Shown: positions 48,394 through 57,739 of the stretch, piece by piece
Layout of the letters: each line of letters starts with the position of its first letter
Position numbering within the stretch: the stretch's first letter is position 1
DNA from: a virus
Lineage: Duplodnaviria; Caudoviricetes
Reading direction: 5' to 3' (one strand)
DNA length: 64,000 bases
Virus record (IMG/VR): IMGVR_UViG_3300007553_000105
Span: 1-64,000 of that record
Notes under the pieces: generated by a model
The model's input: only the letters and a program-made list of their open reading frames with translations
What the model was told of the DNA's origin: nothing
Databases searched by the model: none
Translations under genes and position numbers: made by a program

Positions 48394-49435
48394 GCACCAC
48401 CCCGTTAGTTACACATACTTCGTTTTCATTGTCTTCATCATCAATGATTTCATATCTGTTTTCAGGTAACACTTTTTTACACATGATATCAAAGTTACAG
48501 TGACAAAAACTTTTGTTACAACGTATGGGGGCAACAGGAAATTTTACTTGTTCTGGATATTGAATATAACCAACATGCCCACCTACACGGCACCAACCTC
48601 TCCACACTGAGCCATCGAAATCAACAATAATCTGTTCTACTCCTGCCCAACAATCCCAGCCCTTCCAGTTGTTCATGTTGTTAGAAATAAACCTGTGTGC
48701 GCTGCTATTTTGCTTTAGATTGTTCACTGTGTCATGCATGTCCATACTGCCACGATATAAAACAAACTGCTTATCGTGTTCAATTTTAGAACCAAACATG
48801 TTGAATTGTTCGTCGAATATACGATTCTGTTCCGCAGTATATTCATATTTTACTTCACCGAAATCCACTACTAGTGGCTGAAATGCTAGGCTGATGTTTT
48901 TGACCTTAGTCAGTCTTTCCGCCAGTTCAACTCCTTTATCAAACAATTCAATATCAGTATGTCCCATGATGTTCACATGTGTTCTACATTCCGCAACCAT
49001 TATTTCAACAATTTTAATAAAGTGTTCAACTTCAGCATGTTCTGGATGAAAACTCAAACATACATGATCGAAATTATGCTTATTTGATTCCCACCAGCGC
49101 ACACTACGACTTCCGTTACTGATGAAGCCAATGTCATGCCCTTTACTTTTGATGTATGCAGCGCATTTAACAAAGTCTTTCCAAAGTGTAACTTCGCCAC
49201 CAGTAAATTCATAATATACTTTGCGTGGAGCATAATGATCTGATACAGCGTCAATGAATCCTTTGACGATTTCAAAATCATTCCATCCATAGCTGCCATC
49301 ATTCAAAATACTTGGGCAATAACTGCAACTATAGTTACACATATTGCCTAGATTCCAATTTACCACCACCCAATCTTTTGCTGATTCATGATGATGATCT
49401 AATATATTATAAAAATTTTGTGGGCCTAGTGGCAT
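48374..49435 (-). CDS. radical SAM protein with C-terminal Cys-rich domain
   Basis: CNYSCSYC, GGEVT, SNGSR and WKGWDCWAG...CNKSFCHC motifs. Confidence 0.88.
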   Translation of the reverse strand: MPLGPQNFYNILDHHHESAKDWVVVNWNLGNMCNYSCSYCPSILNDGSYGWNDFEIVKGFIDAVSDHYAPRKVYYEFTGGEVTLWKDFVKCAAYIKSKGHDIGFISNGSRSVRWWESNKHNFDHVCLSFHPEHAEVEHFIKIVEIMVAECRTHVNIMGHTDIELFDKGVELAERLTKVKNISLAFQPLVVDFGEVKYEYTAEQNRIFDEQFNMFGSKIEHDKQFVLYRGSMDMHDTVNNLKQNSSAHRFISNNMNNWKGWDCWAGVEQIIVDFDGSVWRGWCRVGGHVGYIQYPEQVKFPVAPIRCNKSFCHCNFDIMCKKVLPENRYEIIDDEDNENEVCVTNGVVHDSNVL

Positions 49436-49447
49436 AAGTTAATCCTT

Positions 49448-50335
49448 TTACACCGCCATTGGTGCTTTAATACTGTCCATCGGGGTATACCCAATTAACT
49501 TGTAATCGCTAGTACGTGTATTTAATAGTTCTTCCAGGCTGCTGAAAGCTGGCATTAGCAAAAATGGTCGTTCATGTGGTTCACGTTGCAACTGTTGTTC
49601 AACTGCATCCCAGTGGTTATTATAGATATGCGCATCGCCAATTGTGTGTACAAACTCACCAACTTGCAATCCTGATAAGTGTGCTAGCATATGTGTTAAT
49701 AGTGCATAGCTAGCGATATTAAATGGTACTCCCAAGAACAGGTCTGCACTACGCTGATATAGTTGACAAGATAGCTTGCCATTTATAACTCTAAACTGTG
49801 CCATAGTATGACATGGTGGAAGTGTCATAAGACCAATCTGGTTAGGCTCCCATGCGCTAAGAATGAGGCGCCTACTGTCTGGATTGGTCTTAATTTCATT
49901 AATAAGCCAACTGATCTGATCTGTGCCACCACTGTCTGCATCTCTGGCCCAATTGCTGCTACCAAAATGACGCCACTGCCAGCCATAAACTGGGCCAAGT
50001 TCTTTTACAGTGTCAGTGTTGGTATATCCTAGTGCAGCCCCTTGTGCATCAGCATTTGCAGTCCAGATAGTCTGTTTGCCAATTAGTTCGCTGCGATCTT
50101 TTTCAAATGTAATTTCAGCAAGCCTGCGTTCATCTGTGGAACCTTCCAAAAACCACAACAGTTCTCCCACTACTGCACGCCATGCCAGGCGTTTAGTAGT
50201 AACTGCTGGAAATCCTTTTTCCAAATTGAATCTCATCTGATAACCAAACACACTGCGTGTACCTACACCAGTGCGATCAGTGACATCCTCACCAAAGTCT
50301 CTAATATAGCGCAATGCGCCCAAGTATTGTAGCAT
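49448..50335 (-). CDS. thyA: thymidylate synthase
   Basis: DRTGVGT, ELLWFL, GPVYG, PPCH and YQRSADLFLGVPFNIASY motifs. Confidence 0.96.
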   Translation of the reverse strand: MLQYLGALRYIRDFGEDVTDRTGVGTRSVFGYQMRFNLEKGFPAVTTKRLAWRAVVGELLWFLEGSTDERRLAEITFEKDRSELIGKQTIWTANADAQGAALGYTNTDTVKELGPVYGWQWRHFGSSNWARDADSGGTDQISWLINEIKTNPDSRRLILSAWEPNQIGLMTLPPCHTMAQFRVINGKLSCQLYQRSADLFLGVPFNIASYALLTHMLAHLSGLQVGEFVHTIGDAHIYNNHWDAVEQQLQREPHERPFLLMPAFSSLEELLNTRTSDYKLIGYTPMDSIKAPMAV

Positions 50336-50811
50336 TAAACTCTAATCCATCTTTCAATATTGACACCGTCTTCAGTATATGACTCAGCTTTTTTGTATGC
50401 TAGTTCAAAAACAGCGGCGGGCAAGTATGTATCACAATCATACACACCATCAATGCGACTAATTAAAAACTCATCAATAACATCAAAGCATTCATTGACC
50501 AGTTTTGCTCCGCCAATGATATAACGATCTTTATAAGGTTTTAACTCTGGCAGTGCAGCTTTGAATTCATCTAACGTAAACACACGATCAGGTTGATTGC
50601 CTTCAATTGATCTGTTAGTGATTACTACGTTCATACGATTTCCCAATGGACGCATTGGCAAACTTTCCCATGTATTACGTCCCATGATAATCATTTGTCG
50701 TTCTGTTAAACGTTTGAACCAACACAAGTCTGCACTGTTATGCGGCCATGGTAGCCCGCCGTCTTTACCAATTCCCCAATTGTCATCACATGCTAGTATT
50801 GCTTTAATCAT
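50335..50811 (-). CDS. folA: dihydrofolate reductase
   Basis: IGKDGGLPW, MGRNTWESL, IIGGA and CDT motifs. Confidence 0.93.
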   Translation of the reverse strand: MIKAILACDDNWGIGKDGGLPWPHNSADLCWFKRLTERQMIIMGRNTWESLPMRPLGNRMNVVITNRSIEGNQPDRVFTLDEFKAALPELKPYKDRYIIGGAKLVNECFDVIDEFLISRIDGVYDCDTYLPAAVFELAYKKAESYTEDGVNIERWIRV

Positions 50812-50992
50812 TAATGATCTTTCTCATTACATCGGTTGCAGTAGTTCTAAAAAATCTTGGAGCAATACTGTGAATAATCAATACTGGTACCAATAATTGT
50901 ATTTTTAATGCGATTTTAAGAGCGTACATCATATGTTGCGTACCAGTCATATCTACTTCATCTAAATGCTCTTTACATTTTTTACTAAACAT
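50804..50992 (-). CDS. small DUF6356-like protein
   Basis: HL..V.M...QH...A...IIH...P.FF..TA pattern. Confidence 0.6.
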   Translation of the reverse strand: MFSKKCKEHLDEVDMTGTQHMMYALKIALKIQLLVPVLIIHSIAPRFFRTTATDVMRKIIND

Positions 50993-50997
50993 GATAG

Positions 50998-51984
50998 TTA
51001 GGCTTCCAAATGCATTTCTACTTGGTCCTCGCGAACCGTTGGAGCCATGCGGCTAGGATTTACATATACTGCTTTAAAGAACTCACTACCCTCACGGCCT
51101 AGATCAGCTAGTGGCATTTTAAGATCACGGCGGATATCTACTCCTAGATCAATGGTTGAGTCTAATAGGTCCTGATAATTCCACCGCATACCTGTACGCT
51201 GACATAGTTGATCACCACCCTCGAACATTGGGAATACTTTTGTATTAAAGAATTCATTAAGCCATTTAAAGTCACGGACGTTCTTCCAATCCCATTCTTC
51301 GCGTCTCACGTTTGTCATATGGCAACCAAGTCTAGCACCATAAACTGCCCATAGTCCATTGGTTACATCTTCACCAACACTCATCCATGTTAGCAGTCGC
51401 TTCAAGTTCTTACCGTGTACGTTCTTCATAAGGTTATTGGGGTCAACAACATCGCCATCAACCAATCCCATCTTAACACCCTCACGAAAGCCAGCACGCC
51501 ATGCTTGTAGTGGGCTACCATTGTTCATTACATTTGAGTAAACGTTGTTCATTTGAACATAGTTGATGTTCCAGCAAAAGTCGACTTGCGCTCGTGGGTC
51601 AGTAGTTGGTGCATTTTCATGTGTACGCATATTCATAACAACACTCTTGGGCCAGCATTTAATGCCGCCGTTGCCGTATACTAAGTTATTGATATGGTTT
51701 TTACCTGCCCAACTAATAACGTCAATACCACTGATCTTACTCATATCAATTTCTACGTTAAAGAAGTCAGCATGAACAATGTTGTCAGCATCTACTGTAA
51801 TAAAGCGATCAGTTTCAGCTAACTCTGCCGCTGCTTTGTGTGCTGCATCACTGCCATATACGCCATGGCTGCGTTTGGCCCAGGGGCATTTCTCTAGTAG
51901 ATCTGCGTAGTTCTCATCAGCGTTGGGCTCATCGTAGCTGATGAATACAATATCAAATTCATTGATGCTTGTCATGTTAGCCAT
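50998..51984 (-). CDS. GT-A-like glycosyltransferase (paralog of 20509..21213)
   Basis: FISYDEPNADEN, AHKAAAE, VDADN, YGNGGIK and AWRAGFRE motifs. Confidence 0.7.
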   Translation of the reverse strand: MANMTSINEFDIVFISYDEPNADENYADLLEKCPWAKRSHGVYGSDAAHKAAAELAETDRFITVDADNIVHADFFNVEIDMSKISGIDVISWAGKNHINNLVYGNGGIKCWPKSVVMNMRTHENAPTTDPRAQVDFCWNINYVQMNNVYSNVMNNGSPLQAWRAGFREGVKMGLVDGDVVDPNNLMKNVHGKNLKRLLTWMSVGEDVTNGLWAVYGARLGCHMTNVRREEWDWKNVRDFKWLNEFFNTKVFPMFEGGDQLCQRTGMRWNYQDLLDSTIDLGVDIRRDLKMPLADLGREGSEFFKAVYVNPSRMAPTVREDQVEMHLEA

Positions 51985-52966
51985 TGTTGTCTCCTAAGTA
52001 ATTGACTGACAAATATTTGTTCTTATATAATATTAGTGGATCACGTGGCATACGAAATGGTATGTCTACGGTCAATGTGTTGTTTATTTTGAACTCATCG
52101 ATGTTTACTGCGAACCCACCTACTAGCTCATCTATATTACTATTGAATACTAAAAATTGCAATGTTTTTTTAGATTCAAAAATATAATCCTGATCTTCCA
52201 ATACCTCACTGACAATTTTTATACTTTTGCCATATGGCAACATATATAGATGTGCAGGAGACTTGTTTGTTTTTTCCACTGTTTGAAAAATATTACTTTT
52301 ACCCAGTGTGTATGCAGTGGTAACTCTTGTGTCACTGATTTCCAGGCTATATTTTCTAAAAATGGGTCTCGTAAAGATACTTATGTTATTCCAATCAGCG
52401 TATCTCGCAACTTCATCTAGGTGTATTAAAACGCTGCGTTTCTTAAATAACAACATTGGATCTATTTCAGCAATTGCAATAAGATAGTCAGGGTCGTTTA
52501 AGCGAGTAAAATATAGATTAAGTACTGCATCTTCTGTACGTGATACAGTTTCAATGTCCATTAAGTTCATAGTTTGCTTAATATTACTTAAATTTACTTT
52601 TACTTCAAGGATATTGGTATCTTTATAAATGTTTAAACTAATATCGCTTTTAATTGGATCAGTACCACGAATTTGAAATAGTTGACTGCTCAGATTACGC
52701 AATACTAGATTACTTGTTCGCTTTTCGATTGACCATTCTTCATTTTCAATATCCCAGATCATGCCACAATTTTTTAGCGAGAGTTTTCCGCCCAAAACTT
52801 CGCTACACAATTCATTCTCTGTTGATATTACTTTAATTACTGCGTCATGACTATCAGCCAACTCACGTGGAGTTATTCTAATAATTCGACCAGTTTCAGA
52901 ATTAAACTTTATCCACCAATTTGGCTTTAAGTCCGAGTTCTCTAAAATAGTTTCGGTGTCCGTCAT
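51977..52966 (-). CDS. hypothetical phage protein
   Basis: Likely start MTDTET (52966). Confidence 0.7.
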   Translation of the reverse strand: MTDTETILENSDLKPNWWIKFNSETGRIIRITPRELADSHDAVIKVISTENELCSEVLGGKLSLKNCGMIWDIENEEWSIEKRTSNLVLRNLSSQLFQIRGTDPIKSDISLNIYKDTNILEVKVNLSNIKQTMNLMDIETVSRTEDAVLNLYFTRLNDPDYLIAIAEIDPMLLFKKRSVLIHLDEVARYADWNNISIFTRPIFRKYSLEISDTRVTTAYTLGKSNIFQTVEKTNKSPAHLYMLPYGKSIKIVSEVLEDQDYIFESKKTLQFLVFNSNIDELVGGFAVNIDEFKINNTLTVDIPFRMPRDPLILYKNKYLSVNYLGDNNG

Positions 52967-53783
52967 ATATTTCTGCTGTGTTAAATCCTGGGTCTGCATA
53001 ATGCAGAATGCCATCAATTGCAAAGTTTTGAATTTTTAACTTCGCACCATTACTTATCCATGTGTTTAGATGCTCTGTCCAACCACGCTCAACTTTTGTA
53101 GCATTGCGATATCGTGTTGTCATCTCACGCATATCAATATTTTTAAATACATTATGATATGTTACAACATCAAGTTGTATTCCTAAATGCCACACAATAA
53201 CACTGTGCATTAGGTCAGTGTCGTATCGTTCTGGAATAAAACGTGCTTCTATTGCTTTACTAAAGGCATCTCGCCAATTACGTGCATAAGGATCCATTAG
53301 TTTAAAATATGCTAAACTGAATTCTGATTTGTTAAAAAAGAAAATGTTTGAATATACATGCTTAAAATCGTGTGTCACGTATACGCTCGTTGGGTCAGTG
53401 TATCTACCGATAATCTCATCACGGAATGTCATACTGCGCTGTGGAATAGCAAAGTCATGGTGCGCAATTAGGTATTCCCAAAGACTGCTCTGATCCTCTT
53501 TAATAATAGAATAGCAATCCACTGCTATTGTATTTTCATAAGGTGTTGCCCAATATAGTTGCCAGTCATTTGCACGTAGATTTTCCTCCGTTGCGAAAGG
53601 AAGTTCAACAATCATGTCAAACGGTTCTTCGTAATCACTGATCACACTGATCAGGCTAGGCGTAACCATAGTTACACTTGCATCTTTGTTTTTAATTTTG
53701 ATACTGTAGGCACATAGTGACGCTGCACGTTGTTGTTCTTCTGTGCTAGCAAGTATCACATAACCAGTATTAGATTCCATCAT
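52902..53783 (-). CDS. GT-A-like (GT8-like) glycosyltransferase homolog
   Basis: LCAYSIK, TPYENTIAVDC and ILHY motifs; DxD degenerate. Confidence 0.55.
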   Translation of the reverse strand: MMESNTGYVILASTEEQQRAASLCAYSIKIKNKDASVTMVTPSLISVISDYEEPFDMIVELPFATEENLRANDWQLYWATPYENTIAVDCYSIIKEDQSSLWEYLIAHHDFAIPQRSMTFRDEIIGRYTDPTSVYVTHDFKHVYSNIFFFNKSEFSLAYFKLMDPYARNWRDAFSKAIEARFIPERYDTDLMHSVIVWHLGIQLDVVTYHNVFKNIDMREMTTRYRNATKVERGWTEHLNTWISNGAKLKIQNFAIDGILHYADPGFNTAEIYDGHRNYFRELGLKAKLVDKV

Positions 53784-54660
53784 TTAGCTCTTTAATTTTT
53801 GGGATCATACGATCCAGCGCACGTTTGTTCATAACGTGTACATCATATTTGTCGTGTCTTACTAGTATATTTTTCCAGTTCTCACGTGTATCATGTGCTA
53901 AACATGCCCAGTCAGTTACGCTATTAATTCCTACAATGTCGTCTTTTTGTCCAAGGTTCTGCATAACTGCATTACCAAAATTACTAACAGTATCACCAGC
54001 GTTCATGCCATCAAGAATATGTGCAGCAATACTCACACAGTAGTCTGTACGGAATAACCCTAGTGGGAAATTATAGAGGAATTGATAATAGTTGTAGTTG
54101 TCTGCCACATGTGCCCAGGTATCAAAAAACAGTTTGCTTTCTGGACTCTTATCAAAATAGATAACAGTGCTCCACCACATTTTAACGCCACCGTCAAACA
54201 GCCAGCGTTCGTTGTTATGTGGTAAATCGTTACGTATACTAACTGCACGATCAAACATAGCAACGCCAGTGTAAGCATCGTATGCATGATTGAGGAAATC
54301 TGTTTTTACAATATAGTCAATGTCTAACAACAATGTCTTGTCGTATGGACTGTATTCAAAAACTTTGTGCTTGTTGCTGTTACTAAACTGTGCGCGAAAC
54401 TCTGTCCATGGACTATCATTATGCACCCGTATGTTGCGTTTCATTTCATCGTCAGTGATTACTACATCATCAATGACACGCTTAATGTATGCCATATCAT
54501 TGGATTGTTGAATCCAACTCCAGGTACTTTCATCAGTAATCAAGCATACTTGTTTATTTAGAAACTTTTTTGTATACGCAGCCGCGATAACTGCAAATTT
54601 ACCATAGTCAATTTGATCATTGTTATATGCAAAAAAGCAAATGCCTTCAGTCATTCCCAA
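53770..54660 (-). CDS. GT-A-like glycosyltransferase homolog
   Basis: VCLITD, SPYDKTLLLDIDY, FRTDY and HVMNK motifs. Confidence 0.65.
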   Translation of the reverse strand: MGMTEGICFFAYNNDQIDYGKFAVIAAAYTKKFLNKQVCLITDESTWSWIQQSNDMAYIKRVIDDVVITDDEMKRNIRVHNDSPWTEFRAQFSNSNKHKVFEYSPYDKTLLLDIDYIVKTDFLNHAYDAYTGVAMFDRAVSIRNDLPHNNERWLFDGGVKMWWSTVIYFDKSPESKLFFDTWAHVADNYNYYQFLYNFPLGLFRTDYCVSIAAHILDGMNAGDTVSNFGNAVMQNLGQKDDIVGINSVTDWACLAHDTRENWKNILVRHDKYDVHVMNKRALDRMIPKIKELNDGI

Positions 54661-55001
54661 TCCATGATCTTCTTAATATTACGTGCTTTTTTCAGCTTCT
54701 CGTATTCAGCTTCAAATTCAGTAGTAGCACTAGTGTATGCTGATAGCAGTATATCTAGAAACTCTTCTAAATTTCCCACACGTACTGGGGCTTCTTTTGT
54801 ATCGATTAGTATGGCTGATTTTTGTCCTAGATCAATGAGTGCTTTGACAAATGAGATAGTTATTGCATCTGCTGCAAATACCCCGCCATTCTTATGTACT
54901 AATTGTAGCTGATATACGCGGTTTTTGATATTTCGTTTTTGGTTATTGATTGTAAGTGAATAGTTAGAAAACTCAAGTGCTTTCTGTAGACGATCGTCCA
55001 T
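54651..55001 (-). CDS. conserved jumbo-phage hypothetical protein
   Basis: MDDRLQKALEFSNY...GGVF; AGGAG RBS. Confidence 0.7.
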   Translation of the reverse strand: MDDRLQKALEFSNYSLTINNQKRNIKNRVYQLQLVHKNGGVFAADAITISFVKALIDLGQKSAILIDTKEAPVRVGNLEEFLDILLSAYTSATTEFEAEYEKLKKARNIKKIMDWE

Positions 55002-55032
55002 AAATATCTCCTATATAGATATATGTGATTTT

Positions 55033-55061
55033 ATTTTACTATTATGACCAGTATTTGTCAA
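55033..55061 (-). promoter_or_regulatory. sigma70-type promoter
   Basis: TTGACA-17 nt-TAAAAT on the minus strand, overlapping the end of the upstream gene. Confidence 0.75.
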
Positions 55062-56133
55062 TACTTAAATTTGGTGTTTCTCGTTCTCTGAACTGATATG
55101 AGTACAACTCAGTTTTAAATTTTGCTCCCAATGACGAATCAAGTATAGAGTCGGGAGGTGTATCAATGGGCAGTAAATATCCTGCACTCATAGTTATATC
55201 CATATTAATAGGAATGCCATCTGGATCTGTTAGTGTTACATTAAAGTATACTTCAAACTCACCGCTTGGTAGTTCGTCTGCTTCGACACTAATATACACC
55301 CGTCTTGAACTATATGCACCACCGTAAGCGCCACCGTAAACACCGCCATATTCTCCGCCGTAATCGCCACCATGATCACTAAAGATATACACTGTTTCAG
55401 GGTCACCTAATGTACCCGTGATGTATACCCCTCCCATCCATATACCAGTCCAACCGCCTGCTGCCGTAACATTCATTGCTCCTACCATGGTAGTTCCCAT
55501 GTTGTTAAAAACACGTGTCCAGTTATCATTTCCTAAACAGTTTAGATCAAATACGATTCTACCACCGCTGTTGAAAAAGTATCTTGCCTGTTGATATGAA
55601 CTAAATGTTGCTTTTACTGTCGCGCTTGTCTGCGTTGTCCATTCTACATTTTCTGTGTAGGGTAACCCAACTCCGTCATCTAATACAAGTTCACTACCGT
55701 ATACTGAATCAACATACAGGCTAAGTGAATTTAGATAATTAATAGCAACCTCAATTTTTTCTTTATATGTTTCATAAAGAACAATGCTACCAGCAGCATA
55801 TTTTGTTAAGCTAGTAAGATTAAAATTAGTGCTGTCTACGTGAAACAGGCCAGCATTTATTTGATTAATTAATCTATTGGTATGTGAAACTTCTATTTTA
55901 TTCGCAGCAGGATGCCCCCATGCTTCCACGCCTCGAACTATTGGCTCTACTGGGTGTTGTCCCCAGCCAGTGGCGTGTAAGTTTATATTATCTGCACTCT
56001 GGTCTGCAATTAATTCATCAAATGTTAAACCTGGATTATCGTCCGCCCAATGGGTATGATAGAGTGCGACCAGTTCATTGAACTGTTCTGCTTCTATTTC
56101 ATTACCTCTTGCAATCGGAAACTTGGGCGCCAT
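55042..56133 (-). CDS. putative tail/baseplate-associated structural protein
   Basis: GWGQ and ARYFFNSGG motifs typical of jumbo-phage tail proteins; position in the structural module. Confidence 0.65.
   Translation of the reverse strand: MAPKFPIARGNEIEAEQFNELVALYHTHWADDNPGLTFDELIADQSADNINLHATGWGQHPVEPIVRGVEAWGHPAANKIEVSHTNRLINQINAGLFHVDSTNFNLTSLTKYAAGSIVLYETYKEKIEVAINYLNSLSLYVDSVYGSELVLDDGVGLPYTENVEWTTQTSATVKATFSSYQQARYFFNSGGRIVFDLNCLGNDNWTRVFNNMGTTMVGAMNVTAAGGWTGIWMGGVYITGTLGDPETVYIFSDHGGDYGGEYGGVYGGAYGGAYSSRRVYISVEADELPSGEFEVYFNVTLTDPDGIPINMDITMSAGYLLPIDTPPDSILDSSLGAKFKTELYSYQFRERETPNLSIDKYWS
55312..55371 (-). repeat. degenerate 12-bp coding repeat, (GG-x-Y)5
   Basis: Encodes GGDYGGEYGGVYGGAYGGAY. 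Confidence 0.85.
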
Positions 56134-56136
56134 TGG

Positions 56137-57078
56137 TTACTTTACCCCAACTGCTACTTCTACCAAACCGATACCTTCTGTTGTCTTGTCTTCTAGAGCA
56201 CGGCCAACAATGCGATACCAATCCATATACTCTTGCATTTCGTAATCTGTTGGAGCTCTGGCCACACCAGGCTCTTCGCTTGACAATAAACGTTGACCTT
56301 TCTTTACCTGTCCTATAACTTTTACAGGAACGCGGCCTTCTAGTGCAACTGCTACACGAGTGCCGCCTAAATTACTATTCATTAAATACGCAGGATCTGT
56401 TGATACTACACCAAATACATCTGGGCAAAATGCAGTTGTTGTCTGTGTTACTTCTGCTTCGCCACCAATTTTTAATACTGTGCCAGGCTCATACTCTGTA
56501 TCACTGCTATAATATTCTGCAAGGTCAGCGTACTGTGCGCTTGTTGCAGTACCGTGAAATTTGCAACCGTCCGCAACTGTAATACCTGCACCAATATTGT
56601 TAAATTGTGGGTGTACTGTGTCATCTGCGTGAACTTCAAATTCTTCTGAACTAACAACTGCGATGATATTTCCTTCATCAAATACAAGCGTTACAGTATG
56701 ATTTACATTTCCAATATCTTTAACAACTGCTGGCGCAACTGTTTCTAATCGTAGACCTCTCCATTTGCCGCGAGGATAGTTAATTGGGTCTGATACTGTA
56801 TCCCCGTCGAAATAATAGAATTCACCGTCGTTGATAATGCCATCGCCATCTTTATCAACTTTTTTAAACCATAGCTGCCCCGGTACTGCTTTTGACTCAG
56901 CTGGCGGCACTTCACTGGCGAAGTTTTCCAGCAGGTGCAATAGATTCTCTGCCATTGCTTCACCATACCCGTACCAGTTTTTACCTACTAGCGTAATATG
57001 TGTATCTTTGTTAAGCGTACCGTCATGAACTAAAATGCTTGGTTTTGAGGAATCAAAATAATCTACTCTGTATGCCAT
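56137..57078 (-). CDS. tail fibre/baseplate protein
   Basis: LVGKNWYGYGE..ENLLHLLENFA, GQLW and AQYADLAEYY...GVVSTDPAYLMN..GRVPVKV motifs. Confidence 0.75.
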   Translation of the reverse strand: MAYRVDYFDSSKPSILVHDGTLNKDTHITLVGKNWYGYGEAMAENLLHLLENFASEVPPAESKAVPGQLWFKKVDKDGDGIINDGEFYYFDGDTVSDPINYPRGKWRGLRLETVAPAVVKDIGNVNHTVTLVFDEGNIIAVVSSEEFEVHADDTVHPQFNNIGAGITVADGCKFHGTATSAQYADLAEYYSSDTEYEPGTVLKIGGEAEVTQTTTAFCPDVFGVVSTDPAYLMNSNLGGTRVAVALEGRVPVKVIGQVKKGQRLLSSEEPGVARAPTDYEMQEYMDWYRIVGRALEDKTTEGIGLVEVAVGVK

Positions 57079-57079
57079 A

Positions 57080-57667
57080 TTATGAGCCCACCTTAATTCT
57101 TAACGTATAAACTACTTGTAGTTTTCTATTTGCAGATTTTTGAATTGGGTGGAAAATAATATGTGTTAGCGTTGATCCCAATTCATTAATTAATCCAATT
57201 TCGTCAAAAACAAAGTCAGTTTTAGTTGTTGCGGTATCTATATCATCTTGTCCTTCTGGCTCTCCATAGGAAAGTGTTGAAGTAACAACTATGTCAGTAT
57301 AATTTTGTAACGCTGAATGGTATATAGACATAGAGTTATTAACATCAGTGGTTGATGTAATAGATTTTACATATGTTTGATTATATAAGGTACCTGCTGC
57401 ATCTGTGACATTGGGCGTTTTATACGTTATTAGCCCCACAGAATCAATAGTTGTGCCGCCATTACCATATGCCATTTCAGTAATAAAATGAGACAACCCA
57501 GTTATAGGGTCTGTCTGATTTGTTAACAAATGTGCAATGGCGAGTGACATGTTTTCGTAGTTAATAGCGTTGTGTTTATCCAAAAGGATTTCACCACTGT
57601 CCACGTCTTTGATTAACACGTGTCCATCTACGTTAATAAATGATTTATCATTAAAATTGTTTTTCAT
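57080..57667 (-). CDS. virion structural (baseplate/tail) protein
   Basis: GHVLI..NAI..FDEIGL..THIIFHPIQKSANR...YTLRI pattern. Confidence 0.7.
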   Translation of the reverse strand: MKNNFNDKSFINVDGHVLIKDVDSGEILLDKHNAINYENMSLAIAHLLTNQTDPITGLSHFITEMAYGNGGTTIDSVGLITYKTPNVTDAAGTLYNQTYVKSITSTTDVNNSMSIYHSALQNYTDIVVTSTLSYGEPEGQDDIDTATTKTDFVFDEIGLINELGSTLTHIIFHPIQKSANRKLQVVYTLRIKVGS

Positions 57668-57689
57668 TTTCCAAAAATCTCCGCTAATG

Positions 57690-57695
57690 TATTTA
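57690..57695 (-). promoter_or_regulatory. TAAATA late-type promoter box
   Basis: TAAATA upstream of the structural gene starting at 57667. Confidence 0.5.
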
Positions 57696-57739
57696 GCTAA
57701 AAATAATACGCTATGTTAATCCTGCTATGGGAGTTCGCC

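Noticed and set aside
49448-50335. thyA as a dCMP/dUMP hydroxymethylase for base modification
   Set aside because: It retains PPCH, YQRSAD and the dUMP-specifying Asn (PFNIASY) and is coupled to DHFR, so it is a canonical thymidylate synthase.
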